Shown here piece after piece: positions 13,301 to 26,200 of a stretch of 64,000 nucleotides of DNA; the first letter of the stretch is position 1, and every line of letters starts with the position of its first letter. Source of the DNA: Eledone cirrhosa (lineage: Eukaryota); the NCBI GenBank assembly GCA_964016885.1, contig CAXHJY010000096.1:2854892-2918891 (forward strand). The letters are read 5' to 3'. The position numbers were made by a program, and so were the translations under genes. The notes under the pieces are model-generated. The model had not been told where the DNA came from, ran no database searches, and saw only the letters and a list, made by a program, of their open reading frames with translations.

Positions 13301-16300
13301 AAAAAATAATCAGGGGGAGATAATTTCCAGCCGTCCAAGGGGAGATAATTTAAAAAAAAATCAGGCGGAGATAATTTGTAAAAAAAAATCAGGGGGAGAT
13401 AATTTGTAAAAAAAAATCAGGGGGAGATAATTTGTAAAAAAAATCAAGGGGAGATAATTTCCAGCCGTCCAAGGGAAGATAATTTCCAGCCCTCCAAGGG
13501 GCTATAATTTCCAGTGTCCAAGGGGAGATAATTTCCAGCCAGCGAAGGGGAGATAATTTTTTTTAAAAAATCATTGGGAGATTTGTAAAAAAAATCAGGG
13601 GGAGATAATTTGTAAAAAAAATCAAGGGGAGATAATTTCCAGCCGTCCAAGGGGAGGTAATATCTAGCCGTCCAAGGGGAGATAATTTCCAGCCGTCCAA
13701 GGGGAGATAATTTCCAGCCGTCCCAGGGTAGATAATATCCAGCCGCCCAAGGACATATTTTCCAGCCGTCCAAGGAGAGGTAATTTCTAGCCGTCCAAGG
13801 GGAGATAAATTCCAGCCTCCAAGGGGAGATAATTTCCAGCCAGCCAAGGGGAGATAATTTGTAAAAAAATCAGGGGGAGATAATTTGTAAAAAAAATCAG
13901 GGGGAGATAATTTGTAAAAAAAAATCAGGGGGAGATAATTTGTAAAAAAAAATCAGGGGGAGATAATTTGCAAAAAAAATCAGGGGGAGATAATTTGTAA
14001 AAAAAAATCAGGGGTAGATAATTTGTAAAAAAAAATCAGGGGGAGATAATTTGTAAAAAAAAATCAGGGGGAGATAATTTGTAAAAAAAATCAAGGGGAG
14101 ATAATTTCCAGCCGTCCAAGGAGAGATAATTTTAAAAAAAATCAGGCGGAGATAATTTGTAAAAAAAAATCAGGGGGAGATAATTTGTAAAAAAAATCAG
14201 GGGGAGATAATTTGTAAAAAAAAATCAGGGGTAGATAATTTGTAAAAAAAATCAGGGGGAGATAATTTGTAAAAAAAAATCAGGGGGAGATAATTTGTAA
14301 AAAAAATCAAGGGGAGATAATTTCCAGCCGTCCAAGGAGAGATAATTTTAAAAAAAATCAGGCGGAGATAATTTGTAAAAAAAAATTAGGGGGAGATAAT
14401 TTGTAAAAAAAAATCAGGGGGAGATAATTTGTAAAAAAAATCAAGGGGAGATAATTTCCAGCCGTCCAAGGGGAGATAATTTTCAGCCGTCCAAGGGGAG
14501 GTAATTTCCCGCCAGCCAAGGGAAGATAATATTCAAAAAAATCAGGCGGAGATAATTTGTAAAAAAAATCAGGGGGAGATAATTTGTAAAAAAATCAGGG
14601 GGAGATAATTTGTAAAAAAAAAAATCAGGGGGAGATAATTTGTAAAAAAAATCAGGGGGAGATAATTTGTAAAAAAAAATCAGGGGTAGATAATTTGTAA
14701 AAAAAAATCAGGGGGAGATAATTTGTAAAAAAAAATCAGGGGGAGATAATTTGTAAAAAAAATGAAAGGGGAGATAATATCCAGCCGTCCAAGGGGAGAT
14801 AATTTCCAGCCGTCCAAGGGGAGATAATTTCCAGCCGTCCAAGGGGAGATAATTTCCATCCTTCCAAGGGGATATAATTTCCAGCCGTCCAAGGGGAGAT
14901 AATTTCCATCCTTCCACGGGGATATAATTTCCAGCCGTCCAAGGGGAGATAATTTTCAGCCGTCCAAGGAGAGGTAATTTCTAGCCGTCCAAGGAGAGAT
15001 AATTTCCAGCCGTCCAAGGGGAGATAATTTCCAGCCGTCCAAGGGGAGATAATTTCCAGCCGTCCAAGGAGACATATTTTCCAGCCGTCCAAGGAGAGGT
15101 AATTCCTAGCCGTCCAAGGGGAGATAAATTCCAGCCTCCAAGGGGAGATAATTTGTAAAAAAAAATCAGGGGGAGATAATTTGTAAAAAATAATCAGGGG
15201 GAGATAATTTGTAAAAAAAATCAAGGGGAGATAATTTCCAGCCGTCCAAGGGGAGATAATTTTCAGCCGTCCAAGGGGAGATAATTTCCCGCCAGCCAAG
15301 GGAAGATAATATTTAAAAAAATTAGGCGGAGATAATTTGTAAAAAAAATCAGGGGGAGATAATTTGTAAAAAAATCAGGGGGAGATAATTTGTAAAAAAA
15401 ATCAGGGGGAGATAATTTGTAAAAAAAATCAGGGGGAGATAATTTGTAAAAAAAAATCAGGGGGAGATAATTTGTAAAAAAAATCAAGGGGAGATAATTT
15501 CCAGCCGTCCAAGGGAAGATAATTTCCAGCCCTCCAAGGGGCTATAATTTCCAGCGTCCAAGGGGAGATAATTTCCAGCCAGCGAAGGGGAGATAATTTT
15601 TTTTAAAAAATCATTGGGAGATTTGTAAAAAAAATCAGGGGGAGATAATTTGTAAAAAAAATCAAGGGGAGATAATTTCCAGCCGTCCAAGGGGAGGTAA
15701 TATCTAGCCGTCCAAGGGGAGATAATTTCCAGCCGTCCAAGGGGAGATAATTTCCAGCCGTCCAAGGGTAGATAATATCCAGCCGTCCAAGGACATATTT
15801 TCCAGCCGTCCAAGGAGAGGTAATTTCTAGCCGTCCAAGGGGAGATAAATTCCAGCCTCCAAGGTGAGATAATTTCCAGCCAGCCAAGGGGAGATAATTT
15901 GTAAAAAAATCAGGGGGAGATAATTTGTAAAAAAAATCAGGGGGAGATAATTTGTAAAAAAAAATCAGGGGGAGATAATTTGTAAAAAAAAATCAGGGGG
16001 AGATAATTTGTAAAAAAAAATCAGGGGGAGATAATTTGTAAAAAAATCAAGGGGAGATAATTTCCAGCCGTCCAAGGGGAGATAATTTTCAGCCGTCCAA
16101 GGGGAGATAATTTCCCGCCAGCCAAGGGAAGATAATATTTGAAAAAATCAGGCGGAGATAATTTGTAAAAAAAATCAGGGGGAGATAATTTGTAAAAAAA
16201 TCAGGGGGAGATAATTTGTAAAAAAAAAATCAGGGGGAGATAATTTGTAAAAAGAATCAGGGGGAGATAATTTGTAAAAAAAAATCAGGGGTAGATAAAT

Positions 16301-19300
16301 TGTAAAAAAAAATCAGGGGGAGATAATTTGTAAAAAAAATCAGGGGGAGATAATTTGTAAAAAAAATGAAAGGGGAGATAATATCCAGCCGTCCAAGGGG
16401 AGATAATTTCCAGCCGTCCAAGGGGAGATAATTTCCAGCCGTCCAAGGGGAGATAATTTCCATCCTTCCAAGGGGATATAATTTCCAGCCGTCCAAGGGG
16501 AGATAATTTCCCGCCAGCCAAGGGAAGATAATTTTTAAAAAAATCAGGCGGAGATTGTAAAAAAAATCAGGGGGGAGATAATTTGTAAAAAAATCAGGGG
16601 GAGATAATTTGTAAAAAAAAATCAGGGGGAGATAATTTGTAAAAAATAATCAGGGGGAGATAATTTGTAAAAAAAAATCAAGGGGAGATAATTTCCAGCC
16701 GTCCAAGGGGAGATAATTTCCCGCCAGCCAAGGTAAGATAATATTTAAAAAAATTAGGCGGAGATAATTTGTAAAAAAAATCAGGGGGAGATAATTTGTA
16801 AAAAAATCAGGGGGAGATAATTTGTAAAAAAAATCAGGGGGAGATAATTTGTAAAAAAATTCATGGGGAGATAATTTGTAAAAAAAAATCAGGGGTAGAT
16901 AATTTGTAAAAAAAAATCAGGGGGAGATAATTTGTAAAAAAAAATCAGGGGGAGATAATTTGTAAAAAAAATCAAGGGGAGATAATTTCCAGCCGTCCAA
17001 GGGGAGATAATTTTCAGCCGTCCAAGGAGAGGTAATTTCTAGCCGTCCAAGGGGAGATAATTTCCAGCCGTCCAAGGGGAGGTAATTTCCAGCCGTCCAA
17101 GGGGAGATAATTTTTAAAAAAAAATCAGGCGGAGATAATTTGTAAAAAAAATCAAGGGGAGATAATTTGCAGCCGTCCAAGGGGAGATAATTTTCAGTCG
17201 TCCAAGGAGAGGTAATTTCTAGCCGTCCAAGGGGAGATAATTGCCAGCCGTCCAAGGGGAGATAATTTCCAGCCGTCCAAGGGGAGATAATTTTTTTTAA
17301 AAAATCAGGCGGAGATAATTTGTAAAAAAAATCAGGGGGAGATAATTTGTAAACAAAATCAGGGGGAGATAATTTGTAAAAAAAAATCAGGGGGAGATAA
17401 TTTGTAAAAAAAATCATGGAGAGATAATTTCCAGCCGTCCAAGGTGAGATAATTTCCAGCCGTCCAAGGAGACATATTTTCCAGCCGTCCAAGGCGAGGT
17501 AATTTCTAGCCGTCCAAGGGGAGATAAATTCCAGCCTCCAAGGGGAGATAATTTCCAGCTAGCCAAGTGGAGATAATTTGTAAAAAAATCAGGGGGAGAT
17601 AATTTGTAAAAAATATCAGGGAGATAATTTGTAAAAAAAAATCAGGGGGAGATAATTTGTAAAAAAAATCAGGGGGAGATAATTTGTAAAAAAAAATCAG
17701 GGGGAGATAATTTGTAAAAAAAATCAAGGGGAGATAATTTCCAGCCGTCCAAGAGGAGATAATTTTCAGCCGTCCAAGGGGAGATAATTTCCCGCCAGCC
17801 AAGGGAAGATAATATTTAAAAAAATCAGGCGGAGATAATTTGTAAAAAAAATCAGGGGGAGATAATTTGTAAAAAAATCAGGGGGAGATAATTTGTAAAA
17901 AAAAAATCAGGGGGAGATAATTTGTAAAAAAAATCAGGGGGAGATAATTTGTAAAAAAAAATCAGGGATAGATAATTTGTAAACAAAAATCAGGGGGAGA
18001 TAATTTGTAAAAAAAAATCAGGGGGAGATAATTTGTAAAAAAAATGAAAGGGGAGATAATATCCAGCCGTCCAAGGGGAGATAATTTCCAGCCGTCCAAG
18101 GGGATATAATTTCCAGCCGTCCAAGGGGAGATAATTTCCATCCTTCCAAGGGGATATAATTTCCAGCCGTCCAAGGGGAGATAATTTCCCGCCAGCCAAG
18201 GGAAGATAATTTTTAAAAAAATCAGGCGGAGATTGTAAAAAAAATCAGGGGGGAGATAATTTGTAAAAAAATCAGGGGGAGATAATTTGTAAAAAATAAT
18301 CAGGGGGAGATAATTTGTAAAAAAATTCAAGGGGAGATAATTTCCAGCCGTCCAAGGGGAGATAATTTCCCGCCAGCCAAGGGAAGATAATATTTAAAAA
18401 AATTAGGCGGAGATAATTTGTAAAAAAATCAGGGGGAGATAATTTGTAAAAAAAATCAGGGGGAGATAATTTGTAAAAAAAATCATGGGGAGATAATTTG
18501 TAAAAAAAAATCAGGAGTAGATAATTTGTAAAAAAAAATCAGGGGGAGATAATTTGTAAAAAAAAATCAGGGGGAGATAATTTGTAAAAGAAATCAAGGG
18601 GAGATAATATCCAGCCGTCCAAGGAGAGATAATTTAAAAAAAAAATGAGGCGGAGATAATTTGTAAAAAAAAAATCAGGGGGAGTTAATTTGTAAAAAAA
18701 AATGAGGGGGAGATAATTTGTAAAAAAAATCAAGGGGAGATAATTTCCAGCCGTCCAAGGGGAGATAATTTTCAGCCGTCCAAGGAGAGGTAATTTCTAG
18801 CCGTCCAAGGGAGATAATTTCCAGCCGTCCAAGGGGAGGTAATTTCCAGCCGTCCAAGGGGAGATAATTTTAAAAAAAAAATCAGGCGGAGATAATTTGT
18901 AAAAAAAATCAAGGGGAGATAATTTGCAGCCGTCCAAGGGGAGATAATTTTCAGTCGTCCAAGGAGAGGTAATTTCTAGCCGTCCAAGGGGAGATAATTT
19001 CCAGCCGTCCAAGGGGAGATAATTTCCAGCCGTCCAAGGGGAGATAATTTTTTTTAAAAAATCAGGCGGAGATAATTTGTAAAAAAAATCAGGGGGAGAT
19101 AATTTGTAAACAAAATCAGGGGGAGATAATTTGTAAAAAAAAATCAGGGGGAGATAATTTGTAAAAAAAATTAGGCGTAGATAATTTGTAAAAAAAAATC
19201 AGGGGGAGATAATTTGTAAAAAAAAATCAGGGGGAGATAATTTGTTTAAAAAATCAAGGGGAGATAATTTGCAGCCGTCCAAGGGGAGATAATTTTCAGC

Positions 19301-20280
19301 CGTCCAAGGAGAGGTAATTTCTAGCCGTTCAAGGGGAGATAATTTCCAGCCGTCCAAGGGGAGATAATTTCCAGCCGTCCAAGGGGAGATAATTTTTTTT
19401 TAAAAATCAGGCGGAGATAATTTGTAAAAAAAAATCAGGGGGAGATAATTCGTAAAAAAAAATCAGGGGGAGATAATTTGTAAAAAAAAATCAGGGGGAG
19501 ATAATTTGTAAAAAAAATCAAGGGGAGATAATTTCCAGCCGTCCAAGGGGAGGTAATATCTAGCCGTCCAAGGGGAGATAATTTCCAGCCGTCCAAGGGG
19601 AGATAATTTCCAGCCGTCCAAGGGGAGATAATTTCCAGCCGTCCAAGGAGACATATTTTCCAGCCGTCCAAGGCGAGGTAATTTCTAGCCGTCCAAGGGG
19701 AGATTAATTCCAGCCTCCAAGGGGAGATAATTTCCAGCCAGCCAAGGGGAGATAATTTGTAAAAAAATCAGGGGGAGATAATTTGTAAAAAATATCAGGG
19801 AGATAATTTGTAAAAAAAAATCAGGGGGAGATAATTTGTAAAAAAAATCAGGGGGAGATAATTTGTAAAAAAAAATCAGGGGGAGATAATTTGTAAAAAA
19901 AATCAAGGGGAGATAATTTCCAGCCGTCCAAGGGGAGATAATTTTCAGCCGTCCAAGGAGAGGTAATTTCTAATCCGTCCGAGGAGAGATAATTTCCAGC
20001 CGTCCAAGGGGAGATAATTTCCAGCCGTCCAAGGGGAGATAATTTCCAGCCGTCCAAGGAGACATATTTTCCAGCCGTCCAAGGAGAGGTAATTTCTAGC
20101 CGTCCAAGGGGAGATAAATTCCAGCCTCCAAGGGGAGATAATTTCCAGCCAGCCAAGGGGAGATAATTTGTAAAAAAATCAGGGGGAGATAATTTGCAAA
20201 AAAAATCAGGGGGAGATAATTTGTAAAAAAAATCAGGGGGAGATAATTTGTAAAAAATAATCAGGGGGAGATAATTTCCA
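9900..20280 (+). repeat. ~7.0 kb-offset duplication (about 9.9-13.3 kb vs 16.9-20.3 kb)
   Basis: ORF twins are offset 7001 (10505/17506, 10961/17962, 10989/17990) and then 6923 (12512/19435, 12762/19685). Shared variants include AAGTGGAG, TTGTTTAAAA, GCCGTTCAA, AATTCGT and CCGAGGAG. Confidence 0.8.
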
Positions 20281-23200
20281 GCCGTCCAAGGGAAGATAAT
20301 TTCCAGCCCTCCAAGGGGCTATAATTTCCAGTGTCCAAGGGGAGATAATTTCCAGCCAGCGAAGGGGAGATAATTTTTTTTAAAAAATCATTGGGAGATT
20401 TGTAAAAAAAATCAGGGGGAGATAATTTGTAAAAAAAATCAAGGGGAGATAATTTCCAGCCGTCCAAGGGGAGGTAATATCTAGCCGTCCAAGGGTAGAT
20501 AATTTCCAGCCGTCCAACGGGAGATAATTTCCAGCCGTCCAAGGGTAGATAATATCCAGCCGCCCAAGGACATATTTTCCAGCCGTCCAAGGAGAGGTAA
20601 TTTCTAGCCGTCCAAGGGGAGATAATTTCCAGCCGTCCAAGGGTAGATAATATCCAGCCGTCCAAGGACATATTTTCCAGCCGTCCAAGGAGAGGTAATT
20701 TCTAGCCGTCCAAGGGGAGATAAATTCCAGCCTCCAAGGGGAGATAATTTCCAGCCAGCCAAGGGGAGATAATTTGTAAAAAAATCAGGGGGAGATAATT
20801 TGTAAAAAAAATCAGGGGGAGATAATTTGTAAAAAAAAATCAGGGGGAGATAATTTGTAAAAAAAAATCAGGGTGAGATAATTTGCAAAAAAAATCAGGG
20901 GGAGATAATTTGTAAAAAAAAATCAGGGGTAGATAATTTGTAAAAAAAAATCAGGGGGAGATAATTTGTAAAAAAAAATCAGGGGGAGATAATTTGTAAA
21001 AAAAATCAAGGGGAGATAATTTCCAGCCGTCCAAGGAGAGATAATTTAAAAAAAAATCAGGCGGAGATAATTTGTAAAAAAAAATCAGGGGGAGATAATT
21101 TGTAAAAAAAATCAGGGGGAGATAATTTGTAAAAAAAAATCAGGGGTAGATAATTTGTAAAAAAAAATCAGGGGGAGATAATTTGTAAAAAAAAATCAGG
21201 AGGAGATAATTTGTAAAAAAAATCAAGGGGAGATAATTTCCAGCCGTCCAAGGAGAGATAATTTAAAAAAAAATCAGGCGGAGATAATTTGTAAAAAAAA
21301 ATCAGGGGGAGATAATTTGTAAAAAAAAATCAGGGGGAGATAATTTGTAAAAAAAATCAAGGGGAGATAATTTCCAGCCGTCCAAGGGGAGATAATTTTC
21401 AGCCGTCCAAGGGGAGATAATTTCCAGCCAGCGAAGGGGAGATAATTTTTTTTAAAAAATCATTGGGAGATTTGTAAAAAAAATCAGGGGGAGATAATTT
21501 GTAAAAAAAATCAAGGGGAGATAATTTCCAGCCGTCCAAGGGGAGGTAATATCTAGCCGTCCAAGGGGAGATAATTTCCAGCCGTCCAAGGGGAGATAAT
21601 TTCCAGCCGTCCCAGGGTAGATAATATCCAGCCGCCCAAGGACATATTTTCCAGCCGTCCAAGGAGAGGTAATTTCTAGCCGTCCAAGGGGAGATAAATT
21701 CCAGCCTCCAAGGGGAGATAATTTCCAGCCAGCCAAGGGGAGATAATTTGTAAAAAAATCAGGGGGAGATAATTTGTAAAAAAAATCAGGGGGAGATAAT
21801 TTGTAAAAAAAAATCAGGGGGAGATAATTTGTAAAAAAAAATCAGGGGGAGATAATTTGCAAAAAAAATCAGGGGGAGATAATTTGTAAAAAAAAATCAG
21901 GGGTAGATAATTTGTAAAAAAAAATCAGGGGGAGATAATTTGTAAAAAAAAATCAGGGGGAGATAATTTGTAAAAAAAATCAAGGGGAGATAATTTCCAG
22001 CCGTCCAAGGAGAGATAATTTAAAAAAAAATCAGGCGGAGATAATTTGTAAAAAAAAATCAGGGGGAGATAATTTGTAAAAAAAATCAGGGGGAGATAAT
22101 TTGTAAAAAAAAATCAGGGGTAGATAATTTGTAAAAAAAAATCAGGGGGAGATAATTTGTAAAAAAAAATCAGGGGGAGATAATTTGTAAAAAAAATCAA
22201 GGGGAGATAATTTCCAGCCGTCCAAGGAGAGATAATTTTAAAAAAAATCAGGCGGAGATAATTTGTAAAAAAAAATTAGGGGGAGATAATTTGTAAAAAA
22301 AAATCAGGGGGAGATAATTTGTAAAAAAAATCAAGGGGAGATAATTTCCAGCCGTCCAAGGGGAGATAATTTTCAGCCGTCCAAGGGGAGATAATTTCCC
22401 GCCAGCCAAGGGAAGATAATATTCAAAAAAATCAGGCGGAGATAATTTGTAAAAAAAATCAGGGGGAGATAATTTGTAAAAAAATCAGGGGGAGATAATT
22501 TGTAAAAAAAAAAATCAGGGGGAGATAATTTGTAAAAAAAATCAGGGGGAGATAATTTGTAAAAAAAAATCAGGGGTAGATAATTTGTAAAAAAAAATCA
22601 GGGGGAGATAATTTGTAAAAAAAAATCAGGGGGAGATAATTTGTAAAAAAAATGAAAGGGGAGATAATATCCAGCCGTCCAAGGGGAGATAATTTCCAGC
22701 CGTCCAAGGGGAGATAATTTCCAGCCCTCCAAGGGGAGATAATTTCCATCCTTCCAAGGGGATATAATTTCCAGCCGTCCAAGGGGAGATAATTTCCATC
22801 CTTCCAAGGGGATATAATTTCCAGCCGTCCAAGGGGAGATAATTTTCAGCCGTCCAAGGAGAGGTAATTTCTAGCCGTCCAAGGAGAGATAATTTCCAGC
22901 CGTCCAAGGGGAGATAATTTCCAGCCGTCCAAGGGGAGATAATTTCCAGCCGTCCAAGGAGACATATTTTCCAGCCGTCCAAGGAGAGGTAATTCCTAGC
23001 CGTCCAAGGGGAGATAAATTCCAGCCTCCAAGGGGAGATAATTTCCAGCCAGCCAAGGGGAGATAATTTGTAAAAAAAATCAGGGGGAGATAATTTGTAA
23101 AAAAAATCAGGGGGAGATAATTTGTAAAAAAAAATCAGGGGGAGATAATTTGTAAAAAATAATCAGGGGGAGATAATTTGTAAAAAAAATCAAGGGGAGA

Positions 23201-26200
23201 TAATTTCCAGCCGTCCAAGGGGAGATAATTTTCAGCCGTCCAAGGGGAGATAATTTCCCGCCAGCCAAGGGAAGATAATATTTAAAAAAATTAGGCGGAG
23301 ATAATTTGTAAAAAAAATCAGGGGGAGATAATTTGTAAAAAAAAATCAGGGGGAGATAATTTGTAAAAAAAATCAAGGGGAGATAATTTCCAGCCGTCCA
23401 AGGGAAGATAATTTCCAGCCCTCCAAGGGGCTATAATTTCCAGCGTCCAAGGGGAGATAATTTCCAGCCAGCGAAGGGGAGATAATTTTTTTTTAAAAAT
23501 CATTGGGAGATTTGTAAAAAAAATCAGGGGGAGATAATTTGTAAAAAAAATCAAGGGGAGATAATTTCCAGCCGTCCAAGGGGAGGTAATATCTAGCCGT
23601 CCAAGGGGAGATAATTTCCAGCCGTCCAAGGGGAGATAATTTCCAGCCGTCCAAGGGTAGATAATATCCAGCCGTCCAAGGACATATTTTCCAGCCGTCC
23701 AAGGAGAGGTAATTTCTAGCCGTCCAAGGGGAGATAAATTCCAGCCTCCAAGGTGAGATAATTTCCAGCCAGCCAAGGGGAGATAATTTGTAAAAAAATC
23801 AGGGGGAGATAATTTGTAAAAAAAATCAGGGGGAGATAATTTGTAAAAAAAAATCAGGGGGAGATAATTTGTAAAAAAAAATCAGGGGGAGATAATTTGT
23901 AAAAAAAAATCAGGGTGAGATAATTTGCAAAAAGAATCAGGGGGAGATAATTTGTAAAAAAAAATCAGGGGTAGATAATTTGTAAAAAAAAATCAGGGGG
24001 AGATAATTTGTAAAAAAAAATCAGGGGGAGATAATTTGTAAAAAAAATCAAGGGGAGATAATTTCCAGCCGTCCAAGGAGAGATAATTTAAAAAAAAATC
24101 AGGCGGAGATAATTTGTAAAAAAAAATCAGGGGGAGATAATTTGTAAAAAAAATCAGGGGGAGATAATTTGTAAAAAAAAATCAGGGGTAGATAATTTGT
24201 AAAAAAAAATCAGGGGGAGATAATTTGTAAAAAAAAATCAGGAGGAGATAATTTGTAAAAAAAATCAAGGGGAGATAATTTCCAGCCGTCCAAGGAGAGA
24301 TAATTTAAAAAAAAATCAGGCGGAGATAATTTGTAAAAAAAAATCAGGGGGAGATAATTTGTAAAAAAAAATCAGGGGGAGATAATTTGTAAAAAAAATC
24401 AAGGGGAGATAATTTCCAGCCGTCCAAGGGGAGATAATTTTCAGCCGTCCAAGGGGAGATAATTTCCAGCCAGCGAAGGGGAGATAATTTTTTTTAAAAA
24501 ATCATTGGGAGATTTGTAAAAAAAATCAGGGGGAGATAATTTGTAAAAAAAATCAAGGGGAGATAATTTCCAGCCGTCCAAGGGGAGGTAATATCTAGCC
24601 GTCCAAGGGGAGATAATTTCCAGCCGTCCAAGGGGAGATAATTTCCAGCCGTCCCAGGGTAGATAATATCCAGCCGCCCAAGGACATATTTTCCAGCCGT
24701 CCAAGGAGAGGTAATTTCTAGCCGTCCAAGGGGAGATAAATTCCAGCCTCCAAGGGGAGATAATTTCCAGCCAGCCAAGGGGAGATAATTTGTAAAAAAA
24801 TCAGGGGGAGATAATTTGTAAAAAAAATCAGGGGGAGATAATTTGTAAAAAAAAATCAGGGGGAGATAATTTGTAAAAAAAAATCAGGGGGAGATAATTT
24901 GCAAAAAAAATCAGGGGGAGATAATTTGTAAAAAAAAATCAGGGGTAGATAATTTGTAAAAAAAAATCAGGGGGAGATAATTTGTAAAAAAAAATCAGGG
25001 GGAGATAATTTGTAAAAAGAATCAAGGGGAGATAATTTCCAGCCGTCCAAGGAGAGATAATTTTAAAAAAAATCAGGCGGAGATAATTTGTAAAAAAAAA
25101 TCAGGGGGAGATAATTTGTAAAAAAAATCAGGGGGAGATAATTTGTAAAAAAAAATCAGGGGTAGATAATTTGTAAAAAAAAATCAGGGGGAGATAATTT
25201 GTAAAAAAAAATCAGGGGGAGATAATTTGTAAAAAAAATCAAGGGGAGATAATTTCCAGCCGTCCAAGGAGAGATAATTTTAAAAAAAATCAGGCGGAGA
25301 TAATTTGTAAAAAAAAATTAGGGGGAGATAATTTGTAAAAAAAAATCAGGGGGAGATAATTTGTAAAAAAAATCAAGGGGAGATAATTTCCAGCCGTCCA
25401 AGGGGAGATAATTTTCAGCCGTCCAAGGGGAGATAATTTCCCGCCAGCCAAGGGAAGATAATATTCAAAAAAATCAGGCGGAGATAATTTGTAAAAAAAA
25501 TCAGGGGGAGATAATTTGTAAAAAAATCAGGGGGAGATAATTTGTAAAAAAAAAAATCAGGGGGAGATAATTTGTAAAAAAAATCAGGGGGAGATAATTT
25601 GTAAAAAAAAATCAGGGGTAGATAATTTGTAAAAAAAAATCAGGGGGAGATAATTTGTAAAAAAAAATCAGGGGGAGATAATTTGTAAAAAAAATGAAAG
25701 GGGAGATAATATCCAGCCGTCCAAGGGGAGATAATTTCCAGCCGTCCAAGGGGAGATAATTTCCAGCCGTCCAAGGGGAGATAATTTCCATCCTTCCAAG
25801 GGGATATAATTTCCAGCCGTCCAAGGGGAGATAATTTCCATCCTTCCAAGGGGATATAATTTCCAGCCGTCCAAGGGGAGATAATTTTCAGCCGTCCAAG
25901 GAGAGGTAATTTCTAGCCGTCCAAGGAGAGATAATTTCCAGCCGTCCAAGGGGAGATAATTTCCAGCCGTCCAAGGGGAGATAATTTCCAGCCGTCCAAG
26001 GAGACATATTTTCCAGCCGTCCAAGGAGAGGTAATTCCTAGCCGTCCAAGGGGAGATAAATTCCAGCCTCCAAGGGGAGATAATTTCCAGCCAGCCAAGG
26101 GGAGATAATTTGTAAAAAAAATCAGGGGGAGATAATTTGTAAAAAAAATCAGGGGGAGATAATTTGTAAAAAAAAATCAGGGGGAGATAATTTGTAAAAA